Shown here one piece after another: positions 12,849-26,999 of a stretch of DNA of 64,000 nucleotides. The DNA is from Octopus vulgaris (Eukaryota), in the NCBI GenBank assembly GCA_951406725.2, contig OX597832.1, forward strand, positions 23,250,001 through 23,314,000, in the 5' to 3' direction. The notes under the pieces were generated by a model that was not told where the DNA came from, made no database searches, and worked only from the letters and a program-made list of their open reading frames with translations. Positions within the stretch are counted from its first letter, which is position 1; the number at the start of each line of letters is the position of its first letter. The position numbers were made by a program, and so were the translations under genes.

Positions 12849-14204
12849 GAACCGAGATTGAGATAAAGAGAAAGTGAGTATGAGACACTGCAAAGAGATA
12901 AATATCAAAAGAGAGAGAGAGAGGGGGGAGAGAAAGAGAGAGTGAGAGGAAGAGAGAGAGGAAGAGAGAGAGAGAAAAAGAGCTATAGCTGCGTTTGTCT
13001 CTCTACGAGGTTATCAGAAGTTAATAACTCCATAAAAAATTCTATTTTGAGTCTTTAACCAGGTTTAAGACTTTTTGGGTTAGTTACAAACGAATCTTTA
13101 CCTACTTATGTGCGTATGTATGCGTGTATGCATATACCATGTATGTGTATGTCATATATGTATATCATTATATACGAGTATATACATATAAATCTATACA
13201 TGTATATATGTATATATATATTGCATATATATATGAGCGTGTGTGCATCTATGTATATATATATAAATCTATACACATACACACACATATATATATGTGT
13301 GTGTGCATATGTACATATATATCAACACATTTATATCTGTCTGTCTTTCTCTGTTTCTCTTCCCCTCTCTCTTTTTCTTTCTCAATATATACATATATAT
13401 ATATATATATATGTGTGTGTGTATTTATATATGCATGTATGTATGTATGTATGTAAGTATGTATGTATGTACGTATGCATGTATGTACAGGCTTGCTTCA
13501 ACTTGATTGGTTCGATAACATGTTATGTAAGTAGAAAAACGTTGTAAAATGGAAAAAGTGTATTTCCAAAACTTTATTAGCCTATATCCGTTTTAATAAA
13601 TGGCTTCCACATATTTTCACCTGTATTTTATTTGATTTTCCAATTCGTTATTGGCGAATGAGTCTTTTGTAAAGTATTTCGCTTTCAAATGTGTTGCTCA
13701 AACCGAAGTAAATTTGAATAAATCGACGGACGCCGAAAATGTTTTGTATATTAATTTCTTTAACAAAATGACTTAAATCCATAAAAGACGCAACTTGAAC
13801 CGACATATAGAAGCCTGAGTGTGCTTGTGTGTGTGTGTCTGTCTGTCTGTCTGTTTGTCTCTCTGTCTGTGTCTCTGCCTGTGAGTATGTGTGTGTGTTT
13901 GTTTGTTCGTGCGTATGTGGGTATATGTGTGTCCGCGGGTAAATAGAAAAGATAAGCGATGTGAGGTTACAGAATAGATGTTTATACCATTCGTTTACAG
14001 CTGTTTCATAATTCTATGAGATATATAATGGATACTACATGAACAAGCGCAGAAATATATAATACTTATATAAACATAAATGCATGTGTAAACCCGTATA
14101 TACAAGTATGCTGAGAAATTAACTAATGGACTAGACTGGTCATAAGAACTATCCATGGTAGTTCAACACATCAACTTTACTACATAGAGTAAGCTGATGC
14201 GATA

Positions 14205-14253
<49 letters not shown>

Positions 14254-14854
14254 ATATAATAAATAAAACAATATAATAAATAAAACATATGCATATATAC
14301 ATACATATATGTACATACTTACATCTATATGTATATATACATGCATATATGTGTACAGGACACCACAAATAAACGTAGAACACAACGAGAAACGAAAACA
14401 AAATCAAACAAGGAAACGAACTTTGTTTTAACAACGAAAGAACAGAGTACAGGACAAACAATACAAGGAAAATTCCCCTTCATCAGCTGCCCCTGGTTCG
14501 ACTCAATGCGTGTTTCGAAGGTAAGGGCAGAACACGACCCGGCCGAAGCAGTCCTTCCTCCAAAAGGAATTAAATATAATTCTTTTGCAGAGTGGTAAAA
14601 CAAGTGACAAGAACAAGACGTAAAATCAATACAAATGAAGAAAAAACAGTAGAAAAAAACAGTACAAATAAAGAATAACAGGACAAGGAAACCAACAATA
14701 AGGGCTTTTTTTAAGCCTAGATGGTGAAAAAATTAGTTAGAACGCATGTGAAAAATCGGCTTGCGGAAGACAGAGAAGTCGATGTTGGCCTGTTGAAAGC
14801 ACGGGCAAAATGAAAGTTTAGTAGCACTCCGGTCAACGGCCAGAGAGAGGACGA

Positions 14855-14895
<41 letters not shown>

Positions 14896-15101
14896 GAAAC
14901 CAGAAAGGGTAAAAAATTAGAAGGAGAGAGACAGATAGAGAGGAAAACAGACAGGTAGAAAGGAAGACAGACAGGCAGGGAGGAAAGGTCAAGTAAAGAG
15001 TTAGAGTGCGCGTCATGATTATTCAAATAAAAACTTACATGGAGAAGAGAAAACAACGCGTGCGTTCGGTCATATAATAACAATATAATAAATAAAACAT
15101 A

Positions 15102-15139
<38 letters not shown>

Positions 15140-15380
15140 AGCGATAGACGTACTCTTGAGGTTACTACTTATGATATGCTTTAAGGAATCAATGAGCACA
15201 TATCAAAGTAAATTCAAAGAAGAAAGTAGAAAATACAGTAAAGTCAGAAAACTTGAAACAAGATCTAAAAATATAACCAAAATTCAAAGCATCAGAATAT
15301 GTAAAAGTCAAAAATGATACAGGATTATCAAAGAGATTCAAAACGATATGTGCGAACTAAGACAGAACTATTTTCTAAGT

Positions 15381-15419
<39 letters not shown>

Positions 15420-15574
15420 TAATATATACATACACACACATACCCATACACATCCCCATTCACACACATATATACACACATATATTTACATATATATACT
15501 TACATATATATATATTTTTTTTTAAATGTGACCTCGTGTGTACCGTTGGAGATTTTTTCCCGTCTTCCCTTCTC

Positions 15575-15725
15575 TGTATCTTTCCTTCTCCTATGTTTCC
15601 GACAAAGAGCTCGAAACGTTAAACCCTCCTTCTTTCCTTCTTTCCTGAGCGTCCAATAATACTATATTTGTTCCACGTCCTCGCGTTGTTGTATTTTTTT
15701 TGTGCTTTCATGTTTGGATTAACTT
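15575..15725 (+). mobile_element. Penelope-like element terminal remnant with a decayed hammerhead
   Basis: GTTT-CCGACAA-AGAGCTC-GAAA-CGTT-AAAC (15595-15624). Downstream CTGAGCGTC...CCACGTCCTCG is shared with 17948-17985. Confidence 0.5.
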
Positions 15726-15785
<60 letters not shown>

Positions 15786-16850
15786 AACGCACACACATTC
15801 TTTTATGATTTCGTCTTTTGTGTTAATGACTGGAATGGGGCCAAGCTAGTGTAACCAATTTCAGGTAATGGAATCAACCAGTTCATATTTAATGTCTGGA
15901 ATTGAATGTATTTGCCATGCTTGCGAAACGAACCGCTGTCACAGAGAATAAGCATCAGCCTGAAAACAGAACAGTTTTATTGCATGGGGACACGCTGACC
16001 GTTTATTGAAGGGCTGCAGTTAGTAAATAATACTGCATGCCCCAGCGCACCGATTTGGCTAGGGGCAGTGACGCCAAGACACATCAGCTTGGAACTACAA
16101 TAAAAGACATAACTCAAAGTACTGCAGTACTTATATAAAAAATTATGTTATTTAATAATCGTATATCCATGCAAATATAACCTTCATGCAAAACTTTCAA
16201 TTCCAAAGTTTCATAGTATAAAATCCAGCATAAAATTCTTTATATACTTTATGTAAACTCATGTTGATATATTTAAACTTTAGCACCGAAAATTTATAGA
16301 GACTCTTTCCCGTCCATTGTGCAACTTTTTCATACTTTTATAATATTTATGGTGATACTAATATACTGATGCGACATGATACGTCGTTTGTATTATTCTT
16401 TTTTATCACCTTAACCAATACCACGTGTCCTAAGCGCTGGTGTTTTACGTCTCGATTATAAAACTTCTTTATTACCAGCTTTACAAATATATTGATTGAG
16501 ACAATGATATCAACAACAAAAGACGGCGTTGTTTATGTTTTAACGACTCTGATGGCAATAATAAATCAATTATGATTAAACATAATGTTTGGTGTGTCTG
16601 TAATACCAATAAGATTTCTTCAGATCGCTTTATGTTTTATATGAATGATCATTCTTCCTGGTATCTCTAATTGATTTGGTATTGTATAGCGCGTCGTTCG
16701 GACATCAGCCATTTTGTTGCCTCGGCTGTATTATGTAACCGTTGTTTTTATTACGCTCACTTAAGCACACGATAATATCAAAAACACGTACGTATTCGTC
16801 TATATGTACGTACGTATTATTGTGCATTGATGCATTACAGAATGTATATA

Positions 16851-16895
<45 letters not shown>

Positions 16896-17086
16896 GTATG
16901 TATATATAATTAATAATAAATATTAGGGAATAAATCCAAACTTACAGGGAAAAATCAGATTTAGGATTAATTATATTTTTTAATAATTGTTACATATTTA
17001 ATAATATAAATTAATTTATGTATTGGCTTAAGTCTTTCATTGTTTGATTTGCCTAATAGTGGTTTTGTCTCTAATTTAATATAATG

Positions 17087-17121
<35 letters not shown>

Positions 17122-17279
17122 TTATTTATATATATGATATATATAACGGGCGTTAAAATGTAAAAGTTTTCTAAAATATATACTCCGCAAGAAAGAATTC
17201 AGTTATCCTTCCGTTTGATGCCAAAACTGTTACTATAATATAACTTGTGACAAAACCAAACATTAATGTGTGTGTGTGT

Positions 17280-17320
<41 letters not shown>

Positions 17321-17323
<3 letters not shown>

Positions 17324-17668
17324 TAAACAGCATGCAGTTTAATGTCGGAAAATTTCAAGCACTGCACTATCAACTCACGAATGCACTACAGCCTGCATAT
17401 AAAGGACCCAAGGCACTACAATCCCCAAGTCACAGGCAGTGAGAAACCGGGAGATCAATATGTGCAATAACGCATCATTTTATATGCACATTAACAAGAT
17501 TGTAGCAAAGTGCAGACAACTGGCCGGATGGATACTGAGGTCCTTCTAGACCAAAAAACTGACCCTGTGGAGTACATTTGTTCTCAGCCTCTTGGATTGT
17601 TGCTCCCCGTTATGGTCACCACATAGTGCCAAACTAACAGCGGAGCTTGAGGCAATCCTGTGCCACCA
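17321..17668 (+). mobile_element. Degenerate internal fragment of the same CR1-group LINE ORF2 (copy 4)
   Basis: Translates as NSMQFNVGKFQALHYQ...KIVAKCRQLAGWILRSF*...LTLWSTFVLSLLDCCSPLWSPHSAKLTAELEAI, homologous to the post-RT region of copies 1 and 2. Confidence 0.85.
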
Positions 17669-17893
17669 CACACGCGTACACAGTTACTGCCACACTCACA
17701 CATGCTAATACACAAGCGAGCGCACACATACCTACACATACAAACAGATACCTTCTTCTCTTACACTCTCCTCTCTTAGAAAGAACTTTGTATTCGTCCA
17801 TTCCTTCCGGTCATTTCAAAACGCAACTACATGAGGATGGTTGGCGATTTCTCTCCTACATCTTCTTTTTCTCTTGGACTTTCTTCTGTCTCC

Positions 17894-17930
17894 TGTTTCT
17901 GAAGAAGAGTTTTGTTCGAAACGTAAAACA
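17894..17930 (+). ncRNA. Minimal type I hammerhead ribozyme (Penelope-type)
   Basis: TGTTT-CTGAAGA-AGAGTTTTGTTC-GAAA-C-GTA-AAACA: 5-bp stem I, intact CUGANGA/GAAA core, GUA triplet, palindromic ACGT stem III. Confidence 0.65.
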
Positions 17931-18059
17931 CCCTTTCTTTCATTCTCTGAGCGTCTTTAAATACTTTGCATGTACCACGTCCTCGTGTTGCTTTTTCTTG
18001 TGATTTCTCTTCCTTTCTTTGGCTGCAATCAAACCACTGAAATAAGTAAAAGAATAAAA

Positions 18060-18116
<57 letters not shown>

Positions 18117-18581
18117 GACCGAATTTGGGTCGGTCGATTCGTATGGCACTATGCACCTGTTCTTGAGAAATTTTAAATATTTAATTCTTTCCTGTATTCA
18201 CTTGATGAAAATAATTTGGTTTGCACGAAGTAATACTTCTGTTCATCAACAAAAAAAAAACACATTTGAAACAGATGTAAGAAACCACAATACATCTTTC
18301 GTTATTTGTTTATTCTTGACTGTATAGTACCCACATGCAACGAGTGAGAACAAAATGCCAAGGAGAATTCAATATATCTAGAGGGATAGCTTTTTTTACA
18401 CCAAGCACCTGAAGTAGCACAGCCTGCACTGATTGAGGAAACACAAGTACATTCACAATATCCTACCCCTAAGGCATAGCTGCAGAATGGGTCGACACGA
18501 TAGTCGTGCTGAATAAAGATTCGAACTAAATCCATCTTCTTCCATTTCCTTCAGCAATTATATATGCATATATATATATAC

Positions 18582-18699
<118 letters not shown>

Positions 18700-20545
18700 G
18701 TATATGTATATATACATACATATGCGGGTGGGTGTGTGCGTGCATGTTTGTGTGTATGTGTGTGAATGGAAAAGAAGAAAATGGAGAAATTGTCTTGAAG
18801 ACATCAGTTTATTTAAAGATATTCAAATCCATTTAATGAAACTCCAGTCCTACAGCCGTTTCTATATCCAATTAATCCAATTATTAAATTGGATTAAATT
18901 AAATTAAATTAATTTGAATTTTTATGTTGAAACTGGTCGATTTGGATTTCATCATGGAAAATTTTCCAAAAGAGAGTCACATTCTCACGTGTTAGTCGAC
19001 CAGCGACTCACTCACATGTTTGCGTTTTAGAATATATGGGTTGTTTTTATAAAAATCGTTACTTTCATATATATACGTATAAACATATGTACATATATAC
19101 ATATAAACATATATATATACACACGTATATATATATGTATATATATACGTATATATATAATATATATATATACATATATACAACATACATACATTCATAC
19201 ATGCAAACATACATATAAGCATAATACATAACTGTATATATATATATGCACACATCCGTGCGGCTTTTGGATTTGTGTTAGTGTTTACTGCTTGATGGGC
19301 GGTTTAAGTCTTAATATTATTAAAGATTTCGCAGAAAAGACCGACAGCATGAGCATCATTCTTCGAAATAACAATTATTGAATTTCATTCGAGCGACTAA
19401 AGCTCTCAATACAGCAAGATAACATGGACGCAGCCCAATGATTGAAACAAGTAAAATAATAATAGAAAAGTCTAAAGAAATGTCTATCTAAGACTACACC
19501 ATCATATATATATATACATAAGTTTTTGTTTAAATAATTTTCTAGTGAATATGTTATTTCGTGGATATGTAGTCGGAGACGGGTTGCTGTAGCGCAAATG
19601 ATTGCTTCGAGATTTCCTTATATAAGTTCTTGAACTATGGTTGGAATATATCGCTTTCTAAAGATTACTTATTGTATTTTATATTAGCTTGAATTTGTAG
19701 ATTTAAAGACATTTTTTCTATTTTCTTATTTACCGTGTCTCAGACACATACATCTTCAATAATATGGCGTCGTACATCCATTAGAAACTTTATTGCTGCC
19801 TTTAACGTTGAATATACACTTTTCATGATTTCATGCTTCGGTTCGACATCTTGACATCCGACATTTATTATTAAAGAAACGGCAATCTAAACGTATTTAT
19901 ATCTTACAATATTTTTTTATGAGGTCGTTATTTGCTGTCTTGCCCTTCTATTGATTTTTTTTTTTCAAAATGTGAAGTGAAATAATAAAGAGATTTTATA
20001 TACAAAATATTTTTTTTATTTGTGTGAATGTTATTACCATACTTACGGAATTAAGGAATAATCATTCGTTTATTTGGTCGTGTATAATGTGATTCCCCAA
20101 TAGATCTCCGTCGAAACGAGCTCATTGACGAATCTAAGGCCATTCGAAATGTCATAAAGCGTTGTTTATCCAACATCAGTGATGTTATTTTTGTCTTTCA
20201 TAACTATTTATTTCGTATGTGCACATAACTGCTTACACGCATCCGAGTATTTATTGTTTATCTGGTGCTTACTGAATTATTACTAATAACATAAATAAAT
20301 TCATATCATTTATAGTTCTTAAATATTGTTGCAAGCTAAATTACACAATTGCTATACGCCCCCACGCACAAACTCCGCACTCACACACACACACACACAC
20401 ACACACTCATACCAATTTATTCAAGAACCGTTCTACAAAGGTTCAAATACATTTTTTCTGCTTATATTCTTTCAAAGAAATACTGAAATACGCTGATTTC
20501 TCCCAGAAATGCTTTCAACACAAAGCAGCAGATACATTGGAATAT

Positions 20546-20920
20546 ATTATGCTGTATCACCGGAAGATCATTACACCAAAACCACAGGTTCTATTTCACT
20601 TCTTTTATGATTACTAGTCAACTAGTTAGCCATTTAACTAAGTTAATGAACAATTGCTTGGTTAATAGTTCCGTAAATCGAATGAGTCATTCAGCCATTT
20701 GTGACCTCATCAATGATATTGGACGATGATGCGATCGCAAATAATAACGAAAGAACTTTGACAAATTTAGCTTAATTATTTCAGCTAACGATTAATCAAA
20801 CAATCGATAAGTTTAGTTGTTAAATGTTTAACTAGTTAAATAGTAATTATAATAGAAGTGAAATAGAATCAGGGCAGGTGCTTATTATGAGTATAATGAC
20901 CCTCCCAAGATACAACAAAA
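20546..20920. mobile_element. Old foldback/MITE-like element
   Basis: TTCTATTTCACTTCT..TATGATTACTAGTCAACTAGTTA (~20589-20630) is the diverged reverse complement of TAACTAGTTAAATAGTAATTATAATAGAAGTGAAATAGAA (~20829-20868). Similarity extends inward and outward. Confidence 0.5.
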
Positions 20921-21570
20921 TCAGTTCCATACACGAGTTCACATCCCGAATCTTGCAAAACAATTATTCGATTATATAAATACACGACTAATGATTGCAG
21001 GGTGACTAAATGTTGACCAAAACATTGTAGTGTTTCAAAATATCATGAAGAAATACCTATTGGTTTTACTGAATAAAGGAATAAATGATTGAACTTCACG
21101 TTAAAGGGGGGTGGCTCACGAATAAGTGACACGATTTCTGTAGCATAGTGATAAAGCAGAAATAAATTTGTACGAAAAATCACTAAGCCTTCCATTTGCA
21201 AATATCGTTTGTGTTATTTCGACAACTTCTTAAATGATGAAGAAAAATGGTGCACCTCTCGACTGTTTGCAACGTTTTCTCCAGCGCATCCTCACCAAAT
21301 TCTTTCATTGTAAGATTGCATTGAGTGAACATTTCTAACTTTTTTGTGCAAGATAACGTACTCAGTGGTTCAGGATGGTTCAGCTCTCCACCCGTTAAAA
21401 GCCACCGTTTACGGAACGAGGATAACAACGTAGCTTTCGCGCCCGTGCAACCGTCAGTCTATCGGGTGTGGTGGGGGTGGATCTTCAAGTTGCCGCACGC
21501 ATTCTTAGTAGCTTAGAGAATGTTCGAATTAGAGATTATTCTTTGTGGCTAATGGCGTCAGTCCTGATTG

Positions 21571-21712
21571 GAAGAAGAAGAAGAAGAAGAAGAAGAAGAA
21601 GAAGAAGAAGAAGAAGAAGAAGAAGAAGAAGAAGAAGAAGAAGAAGAAGAAGAAGAAGAAGAAGAAGAAGAAGAAGAAGAAGAAGAAGAAGAAGAAGAAG
21701 CAGCAGCAGCAG
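21571..21712. repeat. (GAA)n followed by (GCA)n microsatellite
   Basis: Direct reading. Confidence 0.95.
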
Positions 21713-22440
21713 CCGACAGAAAAGAAGAGAATAAACGTACTAGGTCTTCGCATAAATCTACCATTGCAAGGTCAAAGTTGAACTGAGAAGGCCCTTGGTT
21801 AATCGGCTATGGCAGTCACTAACATTTGTGTTATTGTACGTATAATTTTTCCTTCATCTCTAAGATTTATAAAATATGCAACCCGTTTTCTGTAACTTGT
21901 AAGTAACCGAGGGCAAAACACTCGCCTGACGAAACGCTGTTCGTTACAGGTTTTAAAGCCTACAACGTTTACGAGAGAGGACAAAGCTTAGTGTTTGACT
22001 GGTACTTTATTTCACCAACCCAGAAGAGACGAAAGGCAAATTTGACATCGGCAGGATTAGAACTAAGAATATATAGCGGCGGAAGGAAAAATTGATGAAA
22101 ACAAATATCCGCCGTGCTAACGACACAGCCATCTCACTGCCGTATTTTGCAGGTATAAGTAATAAAAAGTTACACTAGTTTAAAGAGAAGACATATGTGC
22201 AATGGTATCTTTTCAAACACGAATCTGTTAGACACAGTTCACTGAAGCAATCGGCCATCCATGAACGTTGATACGATGTTGTTAAACGTGGCATTTGTTA
22301 TTGGTTGTATCAGCACGTTTAGTGAAGCTATTCTCTTTCTGGATGGTTCTATAATATCTCGATTGGGTTATTTTCGGTAATTGTCGATGCTGCCATAAAA
22401 AATCACTCTTTTTTAGGTCTCACTCACAGGAAACGTACTC

Positions 22441-22497
<57 letters not shown>

Positions 22498-22748
22498 TAC
22501 ATACATACAAACGAACATACATACGTTCATACATGTATACACACATATATTTACACACATATATACAAAGATAGATAGATAGATAGATATGCTTGTATGT
22601 ATAAACATCTGCGCATATTTTTATGGAATCGTGTGTATGTGTGTGTGTGAGTGTGTGTGTGTGTGTGTGTATGTGCGTGTGGGTGGGTGTGTGTATGCCG
22701 AAACTCTGAGTAACACTTTTTGTGATATTTCTGCTGCTTTTAAATAAA

Positions 22749-22825
<77 letters not shown>

Positions 22826-22829
<4 letters not shown>

Positions 22830-23418
22830 TATATAAACGGCAGTTTGTCTGTCTGCGTGTCTGCGTGTCTGTGTGTCTGTTAGATTGTACCCTCACCCTG
22901 ACCACGGCTTTCAACCGATTCTGTTGAGACTTGACACACACATAGCCCAATGTCATAATTCAAAACTGACGCAGCGAAATTTTTGAAAAGTTCCTCCAGT
23001 TCTGAAAAAAATTGATAAATTTGACAAGGGGTCAAGAATCAGAAACACAAACCACAGACTGTCTAGGGGACGCGACTCGACCTTTTTAACTCTCAACTCC
23101 ATCCTGCTTCGCAATGTTCATCAATAAATCTCAAAGCCAAACGCTACAAGTCGCTGAGTTACAGTTGGGCGAACAGTGCTTCGCCCACGGTCAACTCTAC
23201 GTGGGCTGTTCACGCGTTGGGAGGCGCAATGATGTTTTCATGTTTTCGCCCAAAGGAACAGCTAGGAACATCGTATACACAGAAGCATTCGAGTGAAGAG
23301 AAGACATTGCAACCTACACATGCACCTTCGTTCCCTAGAGGGAAAGGACTAGATTGGGATTAGTCGTTGCCTACTAGGGGCTCTTCCATACCCGGGCAAC
23401 GCCGGGCTATGCTGCTAG
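22826..23418 (+). mobile_element. Non-autonomous Helitron carrying a RepHel (PIF1 helicase) C-terminal remnant
   Basis: 23105-23296 reads CFAMFINKSQSQTL...CFAHGQLYVGCSRVG...NIVYTEAF (Helitron helicase motifs V/VI). Subterminal hairpin CCCGGGCAACGCCGGG (23391-23406) and CTAG 3' end followed by T (23415-23419). The 5' part has a GTCT microsatellite. Confidence 0.85.
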
Positions 23419-23449
<31 letters not shown>

Positions 23450-23475
23450 TATAAGTATATATATTATACATGAAT

Positions 23476-23526
<51 letters not shown>

Positions 23527-23648
23527 TATACATATTTTTTGTTTATCTTGACTATTGAGTAATTGTAACATATTATTTTATAGATAAATTTCCTCTAGTT
23601 ACATAATATTGAGGTCTCTTTCTTTCTTTTTTTATCTTACCGTTTTTA

Positions 23649-23705
<57 letters not shown>

Positions 23706-24544
23706 CACACGCACAGAATTATCACATACATATATGTTGAATACATGTAGTATGAACACATATACAGATAAATATATTAAGGAAAGCGGTACACACCTTT
23801 TGTTGAATAAAATATATAACTTTTCCCGTAAGTATAATGCTAAGCCCATGACCAACATTTATTTTTCAATATTCTGTTCAGATATTTCTCGCATTCAAAA
23901 CCGAATTCCTGATATTCTCAAAAGCATCAACAATTTTTTCGTGGATTTCTTAAACAGTTATACTTTTAAATTTATGAGTTTTGGCATTCATATTGCTGCA
24001 GTGATAAATGAATTTTGTTGTACTTTCATGTAAGAGTGGCAAAGAGTTTTTAGTTTTTAAAAGAGCGTCCTTCACGGCTCGGTGCAGATAATGATTCTCA
24101 TACATATATGTGCGAGTGTTGTGTGTGTATGTCTGTGTGTTTGTGGTTCTGATTGTGTGGTTCTCTGTGTGTATGGTGTGTGTGTATGAATGTATATATA
24201 TATATATATATATATATACATGCAACTTCCCATCTCTCTCTCTCTCTCTCTCTATGCCTGTCGCAAAGTGTGTTTCGTAAAAGATGGAAGTCTATAGCAA
24301 GTATGTTGCGAGTGAAAGAACCAGTTTAATCAAGAATGTGAAAAAGGAGAAAGCAAAGACTTCAGTGTGAGTATGGGGTTTGTGGGGTCAACCGCGTCCT
24401 CCGCTTCATTTTTTCTTAATCACTCATTCTCATTTAATTGTATATATTTTAATTGTTTGTTTATTCATATGTTTCGTCTCATTCGATATCCTGACCCCAA
24501 CGTTTGTTTTGTCCCCTCTTTTCTCAACCTTATGGTGAATAAAG

Positions 24545-24589
<45 letters not shown>

Positions 24590-24790
24590 TCCCTTCCTCT
24601 GAAACACACATACAAATATATATACGAGTGTTGTTGAAAAGTTCCAGTCTTTAAGGATCTCGGTAAAGGCCTTGTCGGAGACCCAACCTTCCGAGTTCTT
24701 TGGCAAAGAAACTGTCGAATTTAGCCTGAATACCCTGAATACGTAGGCATATATGTGTGTGTTTGTGTGTGTGAGTGTGCATGTGTGTGT

Positions 24791-25208
24791 TCTTTTTATT
24801 CTTTCTTTTATTCTTTTACTTGTTTCATTCATTTGACTGCGGCCATGCTGGAGCACCACCTTTAGTCGAGCAAATCGACCCCAGGGCTTATTCTTTGTAA
24901 GCCTAGTACTTATTCTATCAGTCTCTTTTGCCGAACCGCAAAACACACCAGCATCGGTTGTCAAGTGATGCTGCGGTGGGGGGGGGGGGGACAAAAAGAC
25001 ACACAAACACAAATACACACACAAATATATATATATACATATATACGACGGGCTTTTTTCAGTTTCCGTCTACCAAATCCACTCACAAAGCTTTGGTCGG
25101 CCCGATGCCATAGTAGAAGACACTTGCCCAACGTACGAAGCTGTAGGAATGAACCCAGAACCATGTGGTTGGTAAGCAAGCTACATACCACACAGCCACT
25201 CCTACGCC
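24791..25208 (-). mobile_element. tRNA-derived SINE family A (CORE-like, OR2-like) with LINE-shared 3' tail
   Basis: Minus strand: GGAGTGGCTGTGTGGTA head, TGGGCAAGTGTCTTCTACTAT body, internal microsatellite, tail GGTGGTGCTCCAGCATGGCCGCAGTCAAATGA.TGAAACAAGTAAAAGA. Confidence 0.85.
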
Positions 25209-25615
25209 CATGTGTATGTATAGAGTGAGAAAGAGGGACAGAGAGCTCCTTTTGTATATGTATATATGTGCCTATATGTCTTTATATGTACACATATGCT
25301 TATACGTATAGGTCTCTATACGTATTATGTGCGTGCGTGCACTTTGTGAATGTGTGATGTATAAAAAAACTGATAGTTTTCACGAATTTCCCTTTTGGCT
25401 GATGAGATCTGTCCAGTGTTACTGTCATTTTCCTTTTCTTTTTCTTAATAAACCCACCCTTCCCAATTTACTCGACACTATTATTTCTGTATGCGATGTT
25501 CGCACTTTCTGTCGTATATTTTTACAAATATTTCACAACGCTTACGCTAACTAACACAGACATATATGTACGTTTCTTTATGATATGTAATACACATACA
25601 CACACACATACACAC

Positions 25616-25758
<143 letters not shown>

Positions 25759-25786
25759 TATATATATATATGTGTGTGTATACATA

Positions 25787-25836
<50 letters not shown>

Positions 25837-25972
25837 TATATACAGAGAGAGAGAGATAAAGAAAGAGACAGAGGAGAGAGAGATACACGTACATAAGGAC
25901 CTACACAGAGGAGTATATATTTACATATATATATGCATAAATATATATATACATACACATATATATGCATGC

Positions 25973-26108
<136 letters not shown>

Positions 26109-26263
26109 GTAGATATAATATTTGCGTGAGTATATCTTTGTGAGCGTTTGTCCTTCTCCGTTAAAACGAATCTATTTATTTGCCTAAAGTCCACCAGGAA
26201 AAAATTTATCTTTCATATCATTGTTTACAAACTACAGATGTGTCTGACTGTTTGTGTGTGTGT

Positions 26264-26304
<41 letters not shown>

Positions 26305-26999
26305 AAAGAGAGGGTGATACAGACAAAATGACAGAGAGACAGACAGCGAACGAAAAAGAGAGAAAGAGAGAGAGAGAGAGAAAGGGGCGAAATTTGTGCA
26401 AGTCACATATGTTATTCAATAATAAATGAACGTGTCGTTGCAGTAATATAATATGGTTATCATCTAACAGTATCGTATTTTCTTATCTTTCAAAGAATCC
26501 CGGAGGAACTATCATGATGTTTAAAACCTAATTTGCGAAATAATCATTTTAAAATCTTCGAGATCTTTGTCACTTCATCGGAGACGTGACATAAGCACTT
26601 AAAACGAGAAACATAGATATACACACACATATATCCATTTATTTATTTATTCGTTCGACCAAGTGAACTACCTGATCATCGAACTAGCGTACAAGTGGAT
26701 GAGTAGTCACAGACATTGGTTGACTTGACGCTTGCACGTGACGTCTGTGAGTTTTATTTTTCTGTCGAAACTGGAATCTGGTTTTCAAGTTTTGCCAAAG
26801 TTATTCTTAGTCGCTCGTACACATTGGAAAGTGTTTGGCATTGTTTTGCTTCTGAATTCAATTGTGGAAGCGTTGTCGTGTTTTGGGAGGTTCCTCACGA
26901 TCCATCTGCAGGATAATTAGTTGACAATTTCCTTCAGAATGAGAGAGAGGGAGAGATGTTGTGTGAGTAAAAGAGAGAGAGAGAAGAGAGGCGGAGAGA

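Noticed and set aside
14250-15110. ~28-bp direct repeat ACAATATAATAAATAAAACATATGCATAT flanking 14300-15080 as a target-site duplication
   Set aside because: Low-complexity, next to TA tracts, and the enclosed DNA is not one recognisable element
21183-21428. 81-aa minus-strand ORF in non-repetitive DNA
   Set aside because: No recognisable motif or splice support; cannot be called without a search
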